Assembly (NCBI RefSeq): GCF_963921235.1
Contig: NC_086107.1
Coordinates: forward strand, 99,946,001 to 100,010,000
Length of the DNA: 64,000 nt
Reading direction: 5' to 3'
From: Mobula hypostoma
Lineage: Eukaryota
A model generated the notes under the pieces. The model was not told the DNA's origin. It saw only the letters and a list, made by a program, of their open reading frames with translations, and did no database searches. Shown here piece after piece: positions 13,101 through 25,100 of the stretch; position 1 is the first letter of the stretch; the number at the start of each line of letters is the position of its first letter. Made by a program: the position numbers and the translations under genes.

Positions 13101-16100
13101 ATGGATTCTCCAGATGATCCAGTTTCCTCCTACATTCCAAAGATGTATGGTTAGGGCTACGGTTAGTAAACTGTGGGCATGCTATTTGGTGCTGGAATGT
13201 GACAACACTTCAGGCTCCCCTCAGCACATCCTTAATGCTTTGATTTGATGCAAATAATATGTTCCACTTATTTATTTGTTTGTTTATTTTCTTTTTTTTC
13301 TTTTGATATTATCGTGTATTGCATTGTACTGCTGCTGCTAAGTTAATAAATTTCACGACATATGCCAGTGATAATAAAGATGATTCTGATTCTGATTTCA
13401 CTGTATGGTTTGAGGTTTTGATCTACATATGACAAATAAAGCTAATCTTTCCTCAACCTCAATGCACTGCAATTTGCCAACCTCCCTGGCAGGCGCCATC
13501 TCCTTGGCCCTGCACTCAACTCTGGGGACCTGGGACTCAGCGCTTTCCTTTGCAACTAGATCCTTGACTTCCCCACTGACAGATTACAATCAGTAAGAAC
13601 AGGCAACAACACCTCTGCCATGTTATCCTCAATACTCGTGCTTCATAAGACAGTGTCCACAACCCTTTACTCCTTATACACTCAATGCTGCATGTCAGAT
13701 TCTGCACTAATTCCATCCATAAATTTGTAGATAACACCACCTTAGTGGGCCAATTCTCAAATAACAATGAGTCAGAGTACAGGAAGGAGATACAGAGCCT
13801 AGAAACTTGGTGTTTCACCTATCTCACCTGTCACCTGTCAGCTGTACTCCTACCCTATCCACCTCACCTTCTTGTTGTGTCTTCTGATCCCTTCCTTTCC
13901 AGTCCTGATGAATGATCTTGGTCCAAAACATCCATTGTTTATTGCCTTCTGTAGATGCTGCCTGACTTGCTGAGTTCCTCTAGCATTTTGTGCATTAATG
14001 TATATGTGCCATCATTTGTCTATCTTGTTCAGTCGTTAAGTCGAGCCCAACTCTTCGTGACCTCATGGACCATAGGGTGCATAGGGTTTTCATGGCAAGA
14101 TATGGAAGTAGATCGCCAGGCCTTTCTTCCGTGCTGTTGCCCAGGTTGGGACCCGGCTGGGTTTGAACTCAGGATCATCTGCCTTGTGCTGAATTCAAGT
14201 CCACTGCACCACCAGTCTATCTAGTTATCACTATTCCCTCTAAGCTGCATGATGCATGGTTGGGCAGTAACCGAAATGCTTCCGCGCACGTGGTCTTTGT
14301 TGCTGTGCAGCTGGAATTAGCTAATGGCACAGACTGTGATGTTGTGACATTTCAACCACGAAATGAAGTAAAATGGCTGTCAAGCTATTTTGTCTTTACA
14401 GACTTAATGGGGAATTATGAAGTTTTGATCCATTGTTGCATGAATGAATAGGCATCCGTTAGTCTCGTGAGACCATGGATTTGCACCTTGGAAGGTTTCC
14501 AGGGCACAGGCCTGGGCAAGGTTGTATGGAAGACAGGCAGTTACCCATGCTGCAAGTCTCCCCTCTCCACACCACCAATGTTGTCCAAGGGAAGGGCACG
14601 AGGGCCATTGCAGAGCAATGTGTGGTTAAGTGCCTTGCTCAAGGACACAACACACTGCCTCAGCTGAGGCTCGAACTAGTGACCTTCAGATCACTAGACT
14701 GACGCCTTAACCACTTGACCACGCACCAACATTGTTGCAAAGAGTAAGTTAATAAATGTAATGATCTTATCAGCAACTACTACCTGAAGATTTTGATCAA
14801 TTCATAATATCAAGTAGCATTAATTGTCCTTAATGATATTTTAGAAGATCTGGCATATCTTTCTAAATTTCTTAAGAAAAGCAGTGTGAATACAATTGAG
14901 GCACTGCAGTATGCAAGAGCAAAGATTAACAAGTTTCAGTCACAGTAGCTTGGCAATACTATTTATTAGAGTGACAAACCGAGAAAGATCTGCATGCATC
15001 TATAAGTTCTGACACCAGTACTGCGCCCTGTTAATGGATTCGTTCAACGTGTGTAATCACTTGGATAAGAGATTTCCTGGTGATGAGTTAAGAGAATGGC
15101 AAGCTTTTGACCCTGTTGCTATTGCAAATGCAACCAATTTTGAATTTGGAAAAGAGAATTGTCATATGACTGACAAAAAATACTCAGTTACTATTATGAA
15201 CTACGCCAAAAACATTGCCCCAGAAATGTTGCAGCAATACTGTGACTTCAAATTTGTTGTTTCTGAGAAATCAAAGACTGGTTCAATTAATATGTTCACT
15301 GATATATTGAACTACGTGCTTAGAAACAAAGAATTTGAAAAACTATCAATTCTTGTTTGACATCGTTGGAAAATTTCAAGCTTGTAAAAGTGGATTCAGT
15401 CTTATGAATTCAAACTATTGCACTAGAAGTGGAACATTTGGATGATCTGATGAGGATTGAGATCATATCTTTCATCTGGATGCAAAATTAATTACTTTAT
15501 TTATTGAGTTACAGCAACAGAGTAGGCCCTTCCAGGTCCTCAAACTGCATCACCCAGCAACTAGTAATTTAACCCAGCCTAATCACAGGACAATTTACAA
15601 TGACTAATTAACCTACCAACCACAGATCTTGGACTGTGGGAGGAAACCAGAGCACCTGGAGGAAACCTACATAGTCAAGGGGAAAATGTACAAACTCCAT
15701 ACAGACAGTGATGGGATTTGAACCCAGGTTGCTGGTACTGTAAAACGTTGTGCTAACCACTACACTATCATGCCACCCCCTTAATCCGGACAGTGTTTAT
15801 AGACAATGGATTTGTAATAAAGACAGACAAGGAAATGTTAACGAAACATGAAAGATTTTCTTAATTGTTTTGTATTTCATTATATCCTTTAATTAATAGA
15901 TAAAATCAGAAGCATGTGATTTTTCAATTTTTATCCTAAATAGTCATTGTACGCATATTACAAAATAAATGTAAATTGCTGCACAGTTTTCAGGCTGTGT
16001 AAAAGTTTCCTGCTCAGAGCAATGATCGGTCTGTGCAGCCAAAAAAAATAGAGGAAATGTTGGTACTTCCGTATGCAATCAAATAAAGGGTCAAATCAAG

Positions 16101-19100
16101 TAAACACTAAAAGTTTTACAGAAACAAAAACAACAGGAATTCTGCAGATGCTGGAAATTCAAGCAACACACATCAAGGTTGCTGGTGAACGCAGCAGGCC
16201 GGGCAGCATCTGTAGGAAGAGGTGCAGTCGACGTTTCAGGCCGAGACCCTTCGTCAGGACTCATCAGGATGAAGGGTCTCGGCCTGAAACGTCGACTGCA
16301 CCTCTTCCCGCAGATGCTGCCTGGCCATTCACCAGCAACTTTGATGTGTGTTGCTTAAAAGTTTTACAGATCTTGTTTACTCCAGATTTACTTTAAGTTG
16401 CACACTACACTTATTTTTTGATCCTTCCTGCATACTTTTCATTCTCCCCCTTGATTTCCTCTGCTACTGCTCTATATTTCTTTCTAATTCATTAAACTTC
16501 CCATCACTTGAACCTACCCCTCGTAGATATTTTAAAGCCTTTTTACAAGCCTGTTTATGTGATTCGCCAGTAATATCGAAAGCCCATCCCAGTAGAACAA
16601 CTCTCCCTTTCCTCAGTACTGGTACCATCTACCCCATGAAGCAGTGCCCATTTCTCCTACCCCAGATTTTGAGCTATGTGCTCGGCTTTTCATTTTTTTC
16701 CAAGCTACTCCTAATCCTTTAATAAAACCACCTTTCTGGTTCTACCTATATTGTTGGTGCCTATGTGGACCAGGACCACTGAAGCTTCTCCTTTTTCCAC
16801 TTCAAGTTCTCTCCAATTCAGGAGTGATCTTTCTAACTCTGGTACCAGTAACACGCATCAAAGTTGCTGGTGAACGCAGCAGGCCAGGCAGCATCTCTAG
16901 GAAGAGGTCCTGACAAAGGGTCTCGGCCTGAAACGTCGACTGTACCTCTTCCTGGAGATGCTGCCTGGCCTGCTGTGTTCACCAGCAACTTTGATGTGTG
17001 TTGCTTGAATTTCCAGCATCTGCAGGATTCCTGTTGTTTGTTGTCTGGTACCAGTACTCTGTCTTTGCTGCCAAGAATAGTGCCTGTTAACTTACCGATG
17101 CTATCCATTATAACTACTACATGTGTTTTGGCTTCCTCCTTCCTCCCACTTCAAGGGACATGTCTGCCTTGGACATCGACTTCTCTGCGTTCCTCATCCA
17201 AACAGGGAGCAAGAACCTTGTAACTCTTGGATAAAAGGAAGGACTAAGATGCCTCCAGGACTACTCTCTGAATCCTTCTGGCTGTCTCTTAAGCAGTCAA
17301 GTCATCACGTCCCTGATCAAACTTGTAATTAATCTAAGGGATATAACTGCCTCTGGAACACAGTGTGCACATATGATCTAAGAGATGAAAATGCTTTCTA
17401 GGGGAGGCCAGATGACATTGGAATCTCATTTGGGTGTTATCTGTAAAAAAATGGAAGCCTTAAGCTTCCTGAGAGTTTGAATTCCATCTATCTGACTGAG
17501 CACCAGCTCACATTCCTGCTGAATTTATGCCAGTTAGATAGTTTCAGTGGGGAGTGAACAGCTTTGAGTGTGGGAAGTAAGTTTCAAGAAATTCAGACTT
17601 TTCTCAATTAATTTAAAAGACTTTCATTGTTATCTTGCATGCAAAAATGATCTTATTGTTTAAAATGGGAAGGAGAGAATAGAACCTTAGTCAGAGGAGG
17701 AGAGGGTGGGGAAGGGATATGTCTGATAAGGTAAACAATGGATTGCCATAGTTCAATAACGAGATTATCTGGTCAGCGAGGGGTATAGCTAGGGTGACAT
17801 GCAGATTTCGTTACCCTGAGTTTGGGTGAGACTAGACTAGGTTTAGAGTGAAAGGTGAAATATTGAAGGGGGAACTGAGGGAGAACTCCTTCGCTCAGAG
17901 GGCCGTGCAATTGTGGAAGGAACTGCCGGTGGAAGTGGTGGATGCGGGTCCAATTGCAACATTTAGGAGAAATTTGGATAGCTGCATGGATGGAGGGCTG
18001 TAGTCTGGGTGCAGGTGAATAGGACTTGGCATAAAAACAGGCTGGCATTGACTAGATGGGCTGAGGGGCCTGTTTCTATGCTGTAGTGCTCTATGAGTGA
18101 GTGGGAGCAGTGGGAGCAGTTAGAGACTGAGAACATAGACAAAAGAATGTAAGTGTTGTGGAATGTAGAGCATGGACATCTCTACCACTCCCAAAGAAAA
18201 AAAGGAGGGTTGAGTTTAAAAAAAACTATCAAATGACTGCTACAGATGGAGAAATCAAGTTATCTGTGACAGTGGAATTCAATATCAAGTCCAGAAGGCT
18301 GCAGTGTTTTCAAAGTTCAATGTAAATTTATTATCAAAGTGCATATATAACCCTGAAATTCACCATGTACAACCTTGAAATTCATTTTCTTGTGGGTATA
18401 CTCAATAAATCTATAGATGGATGAGGTTTGCATTGGGCCTCATTGAAACAGTACTAGAGGCCAGGATGGAGTATTAAAGTGACAGGCAACAAGAAGCTCG
18501 GAGATGCTTCTCTAGACTGAATGCTGGTGCTCCACAAGACACTCATCCAATCGACATTTGGTTTCTTCGATGTAGAGGAGGCCGCGTTGTGAACATTAAC
18601 TCTCGTCTCTCTTCCCTTAGATGTGGCTTGGCCAGCTTGAACATTTGCAGCATTTTTTGGATTTAATTTTAGACACAGCATCAGCATTTTTCTTGAAATT
18701 ACACTTAGTTATTTTATGTGTTTACTGATGTTTAAGCGTTTTAATATGTGATTAACTTTAAATAGATAGATAGATATACTTTATTGATCCCGAGGGAAAT
18801 TGGGTTTAGTTACAGCCGCACCAACCAAGAATAGAGCATAAATATAGCAATACAAAAACCACAAACAATCAAACAACAAAATGCAAACTACGCCAGATGG
18901 AAAATAAGTCCAGGACCAGTCTTTTGGCTCAGGGTGTCTGACCCTCCACGGGAGGAGCTGCAAGTTCGATTGCCACAGGCAGGAACGACCTCCAGTGTTG
19001 TATCTCGGTGGAATATGGCCAAAGTCCAACAGTAAAAAGTTCAATATCGGGTATACAAACACGTTCCTCGATCGTAATATGACCTGGATTGCACCATCTG

Positions 19101-22100
19101 TTGTTAACCAGAACAGTAAGCACCCAACTCCTTTACGCTTACCGCTCTCGGTGCACTTCCGGTCAGTCCGAACGGTCTGGAAGCCGTCCATGGAAAAGTT
19201 TTGATCGGGTATGTCCTCGTGCAGCTCCGTTCCAGTGAAACACATAACACTGCACTCCCGAAATGTTCTCTGACACCTGGCTAGCGCCGTGAACTCATCC
19301 ATTTTATTACCCACCGAACTCCTCTTCTCCATAAGTCTCTGTTGTCTCGACCCCGTCCTCTTTCCTCGACTTTATGATCCCCCTCTACATCCTCTGGGTG
19401 TTTTCCTCTAGATTTCAGCAGGGGTGTCCGCCGCGCTGCACGCTAAACCGGCCAGCATAAGCGCAAGCAGCTGGTCCCTGGAATACACAATGCGACCATG
19501 CTTCTGTCCCGCTAATGAGACGTGTCGGAATGTAATTATTTCCAGCGCTAAAAACCTAAATAAAACTCTCTCTTCCAGCATGTTAGAAAGGGTGCAGCTT
19601 CGACGTGTTACCGTGAGAAAAAAAATACAAAAATAACGTAAGTTAAAAAGTAAGAATACTGATCGGAACAGCTATAACAGGCTGCATGCACGTCTGGTGC
19701 ATGCGCACTTAATATTATGATTTGTGTTAATAACCTTTGAATACTTCTGTCAAAAATGTTCAACGGTGATATTTTTGGAAGGTAATTCTGTAAGTATGGT
19801 TTAAACTGCAATCAACATATCTCTGGAAGTAGGGCTTGCATTGCCAATCAGTACTGGGTTTGGGATACAAATTGCTGCTGTGGTTCAACACAATTCAGGG
19901 AGTGAGAAGGTAGGATGGTTTGCTGCACTCTGAGACATTCAGAGCAGACTGAACTGTATCACTGACGAAGGGTCTCAGCCTGAAACGTCGACTGCACCTC
20001 TTCCTACAGATGCTGCCTGGCCTGCTGCGTTCACCAGCAACTTTGATGTGCGTTGCTTGAACTGTATCGCTTGCTGGGTCTAGCCACAAGGCAACGTACA
20101 GTGAAACAGCCTGCTCATATTATAGCAACACACATCAAATTTGCTGGTGAATGTGGCAGGCCAGGCAGCATCTCTAGGAAGAGGTACAGTCGACGTTTCA
20201 GGCCGAGACCCTTCATATTATATCCTTCATATCTCTCACTGCTCATATTATATATGGATTTAAAAATAGTTTGACCTCAGTGACATAACGTTTGTTCAGC
20301 TCTCAGGCATTTTCTCCAGGTTGGGCAACCTTTGATACGGATTCTAACACCCTGATCAAAATTGGAAGAGCACAGCAGCAAGCCAGCTTCTGTTGCACGG
20401 ATAGAACTGACTTGGCCTTGCTCGCAGGGTACTACTTTTCCATGGAATCACAGAAACAGTCCTTCTACCTCTAATGTCCTTCCCAACCATCAAGTACCTT
20501 TCTGTATTGATTCCATTTACCAGCTCTGGTCTATAGCCTTCTATGCCTTGGTGATTCAAGTACAGTACTTGTGAAAATGCTTAAATGTTGTGAGAGTGCC
20601 TGCCTCCACCACCTTTTTGGGCAGAGTGTTCCCCGCTAAACTTAAACTTATACCCTCTGGTCTAAAAGATCCCTGCCAGGGGGAAAAGTATCTACTTTAT
20701 TCAGGCCACTCATAATCTTATGTACTTCTATCAATACTCTTGTCAATTTCCTCTGATCTATGGAGAACAAATGCTTAACAATTAGCCTAGTAGACTAATC
20801 CCTTCTCTGAAAAATTTCCATCCCATGCAATCTCTCAGTGAATCTGCTCTGAGTAGGGTAGAAACCAGACTGTACAAAATATCACTGTCTGCCCATTTGA
20901 GTTCCTCAGGCTGATGCATGTAAAATTGTGTTGGTTAGTCAGCTGTTAAATGGTGGTAGGTGAAAGAACCCTAATGTTTTCACTACCTAACAGCTACTTA
21001 GAATGGAGCCACCTCTTTCTCCCTTATTAGGAGAGAGAGAGCCTGCAGCATGTCGAACTATCAGGTGAACAACGAAGGCTTTGGGGTAACTGCAAGTCTG
21101 TGTCTTTGCTATTACTTTGCTCATGCCTGAGTGCTGGTAGCAGGTGCACTTTATTTTTGCCGGTAGGGGGAAGGGGGATTGTTGCTCGCTGCCACTTACG
21201 CGCGGGAGGGAGGGGAGCTGGGGGGGGGAATCTTTGGGGTTCTAACATTCAACTCTCATCCATTCTTTGGGGCACTCCTCTGTTTTCGTAGATGGTCGTG
21301 AAGAAAAAGCATTTCAGGATGTATATTGTATACATTTCTCTGACATTAAATGTACCTTTGAACCTTTATAATTCTTGTGCTCTTCAGGGCAGTGAACAAT
21401 GCTCTATTGGACACCTATCAACTGAAGTCGCTGGATGGCTTGCTGGAGGGAGACCTGGAAAATATTATGATAATCCAAGACAAAAAGGGAAAGTTCCACT
21501 TACAGCGAAGACGTGACTTTGTCCAGAAAAACACCTCGCAAGATATACCCTCCGACGGCAGTGAGCCATGCTTCCTGACTGAAGAATGGGCAGATAACCT
21601 GGCAGTGCGTCTGCCTTATGATCGTGTTATCCGCTGCTTGGGTTGGAAGTTCAACTTCTCCATTTTCAACAAGTAAGTGAATAGTCGGAGAACCATTCAC
21701 TGGTGTCAAGTAGCAGCTACAGAAGATTCCCTCTCACTATTACCTATTATTTATGCAGTGCTCTGGTGCACTATTCCATTCATGAAATTCCATGTCTCCT
21801 TTCCCACACTTGTATCCAACAGGATTGTCTCAATTTATTTCAAAGTTGTCCTGGTCCACACAGTAAAGCAGTTCTGTGTACCACATTTTCAGGAGGATTT
21901 ATTGGCCTTGGAGGAAGCATAGTTTTGATCTAGCAAAAGTTACCTTCTGAAACTGCACTAACTAGAGCAGGGGTTCCCAGCCTTTGTTATGCCATGGACC
22001 AATACCATTAAGCAAGAGGTCTGTAGAGCCCAGGTTGGGAACCCCTGAACTAGAGGTACATTCTGTGTGATTCAGACATCTGAGGTTTGATTTGACTGAA

Positions 22101-25100
22101 GCTGTCAACATTTTCGGGGAGTAAGATAGATATTTCTCTTGGTTGGAAAGTCTAGGAGAAGCATTGGACCAAGCCATTTTGGAAATTAAGTTATGAAATA
22201 AGCCACAAAGGATCATAGAATTTTAGGAGTAATTTACTCAAATGACTGTGTCGGATGTTAATTCAAACTCTGACATTCTAGTTAATCAAGTGTACACTGG
22301 AAAGTGGAGCAAAAACAGGTGCATGGAGTTTGGTCACAGATCTGCCATGATCTCACTGAAGTATACCCAGTAGCCACGGGAGTTTGATACCAAGTCCTTC
22401 AGCTACACACAGACTTGCTTTTATCATTTTTTGTCAGTATGATGTCTCATTCCCCATTGAAGAACCTTTAGGGCCTTTTACTGACATTTGTTCAGGTTCT
22501 TCTCTCCTTGTTCTGTTCCTTTTTTTCATGTTTTTCTGAAACAGTTCTTTACTTCTGAAGAAACATTTGAAAAGCAAACAACAGCAGGTACTGGAAATCT
22601 GAATCAGAAACATAAACTGACGTTTGTCCTGACGAAGGGTCTCGGCCTGAAACGTCGACTGCGCCTCTTCCTATAGATGCTGCCTGGCCTGCTGCGTTCA
22701 CCAGCAACTTTGATGTATGTTGCTTGAATTTCCAGCATCTGCAGAATTCCTGTTGTTTGCAGAAACATAAACTACTAGAAAGCATTTGCAGAGAGAGAAA
22801 TGGACTTGGTTTTAGGCCAGTGATATTTCTTCGGAACTTGGAAAGTTAGAAAGTGTATTTCTACTGTATTTCAATCTGCAGATTGAAGCTTTGCATGATA
22901 GAGTGAAGAACAAAGATACCGAATGACATGGACGTTCATAGTGCCTGCTGAGAGAGGGCGGTGAAAGCTTGTTAATTGTAGCTGATTTGTCTAAAGGTGT
23001 TATCAGAAGGAAATGAAAGAAGACAAAGAGAGGAAATGGAAGGGATGCTGGGGCTGAGAGATACAGTACTGTGCAAAGCCTTAGGCACACATATTTAGCT
23101 GGGGTCCCTAAGACCTTTGCACAATACTGTAGTAATTTTATGCATTGCACTGTGCTACTGCCTGAAAAAAAATCATGACATCTGTGAGTGATGATAAACC
23201 TGATTCTGATTTGGGTCTCTATTGCAGACTGAGAGTGGGAAGGGGGCAGGGAGAGGGGAATCATGGTTGGGAAAAGGGGAAGGGAGAGTGGAGGGAGTGA
23301 AAAGCACTAGAGAGACATTTTGTAATAATCAATAAATCAGTTGTTTGGAATCAAATGACCTTGTCTGGCATCTTGGGGCTGGGTGTGTCTGTACCCACAC
23401 TACCCCTGCCACTTCTGCTGTGCCACTTGTCCCACAGCCTTCCCGCGGTGCTCCAGCCTCACATCCTTTGCTCCGGCTAGATTTACAAACTTGCTGTCCG
23501 CTCCATATTGACAAATACAGTACTGCAGTGGTCCCCAGCCTCCGGGCCGCGGAGCATGCAAGGGTGCAGCGGTAACCGGAACGCACCCAGCACATCTTTA
23601 AGAAAAAAGCAGAAATAAACAAGCTAATTAATTAGGTGCCGCCCAGGTCAGAGGCGATTGCCGAGAAGATCGCTGCCCGGTATCAGTCCGCGGCCTGGAG
23701 GTTGGGGACCACTGCAGTACTGTACAAAACACTGAAGCTGCTGCAAATCTGAAATAAAAGAGAGTGCTGGAAATGCCCTATAGGTCGGGCAATGTCTGTA
23801 GAAGGAGATAATTTTGAGTTGCAGGTAGATGACAAACTGGAAAGACTACTTGTCTGAAATTTCTTGTTAAATGCTGACAGTTGTAAAGTGATGAGTTAAA
23901 GGATGAAGTGACGATTGTTGAACTTGCACTGAGCTGTTGTGATATAGTGCAAGAGGTCAGAGTGAGAATGAATGTAGAATTAAAGGTCTCAGTGACAGGG
24001 ACCAAGGGATACCTAGCTTGACTACTATGAAGATAGAAGGGACCTAAAATTCATTAAGTCATAGAGAGGTACAGCATAGATACAGACCCTTGGTCCCACC
24101 AAGTCGATGCAAACCATCAATCATCCATACACTGTAATCACGTGTTAATTAATTTTTTTATTCTCCCCGCATTTTCATCAACTACCCCCAGATTCCACCA
24201 CTCGCAGTCTTGGGCCAATTAATCTATTAACCTGCACGTGTCTGGGATGTGGGAGGGAAATGGAGCACCATGAGCTCCATACAGCTAGCACCTGAGGCAG
24301 AAATAAACTTGTTTGTGGCAATGAGAGGCAGTGGCTTTATTTACTTCACCACCCTAAATTGTTGAAGCACTCATTTTGCTTTCCCAATGCTGTTGTCTTC
24401 CCAACAGTCTTACGAAGCTTCAGAGGGGTCAAGGTCGCATGAATAAGTATCCACTGATCAAAGCCTCTTACGAAGCAGTAAATCTTCCAGGAATGTATGT
24501 TGTAGGGACAGCCAGTCATTCCATTGATTTTAGGAAGGCAGCTGGCGGCTTCATCCATGGGTTCCGCTACACAGGTATGTATCAGAACCAAATGCAGTTT
24601 GTTTGTTATGTGCTGTGTTGAATGACATAGGCAGTCATGGTCTTTGACCATGATTGTTCCTGGCAAATTTCTCTACAGAATTGGTTTGCTATTGCCTTCT
24701 TCTGGCCGGTGACTTTACATGAATGATAACCCCAGCCATTATCAATACTCTTCAGAGATCGTCTGCCTGGCGTCAGTGTCACATACCCAGACTTGTAATG
24801 TGCAAAGCTACTCATACGACCATCCATCACCTGCTCCCATAGCTTCACGTGATCCCGATCGGGGGCTAAGCAGGTGCTACACCTTACCCAAGGGTGACCT
24901 GCAGGCTAGCAGAGAGAAGGAGCGCCTTACACCTCCTTTGGTAGAGACGTACCTCCACCCTGCCACCCTCAGTTGCAGTACCTGAACTGAAAACACACAT
25001 TAAGTTTGCAGCATAGATACAGAAATTCCACCTTACAAGTCTGTATCTGTGCTTCCACTTCTCATCACCATCACACCCATTCAACACATCACTCTATTCC

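Larger units (their letters stand above)
14229..16062 (+). mobile_element. Old internally deleted hAT transposon (ZNF862-like C-terminal fragment), interrupted by two SINEs
   Basis: Terminal motifs cactattccctctaa / tagaggaaatgttg; ORF 15034..15360 (HLDKRFP..WQAFDP..) followed by dimerisation-domain remnants; a related left end at ~47613. Confidence 0.65.

Noticed and set aside
14660..14729. tRNA gene
   Set aside because: It has A/B boxes but no complete cloverleaf; it is the head of a TSD-flanked SINE.
16108..22773. CRISPR-like repeat array
   Set aside because: The repeats are dispersed in both orientations with individual TSDs and irregular spacing, in eukaryotic DNA with no cas genes.
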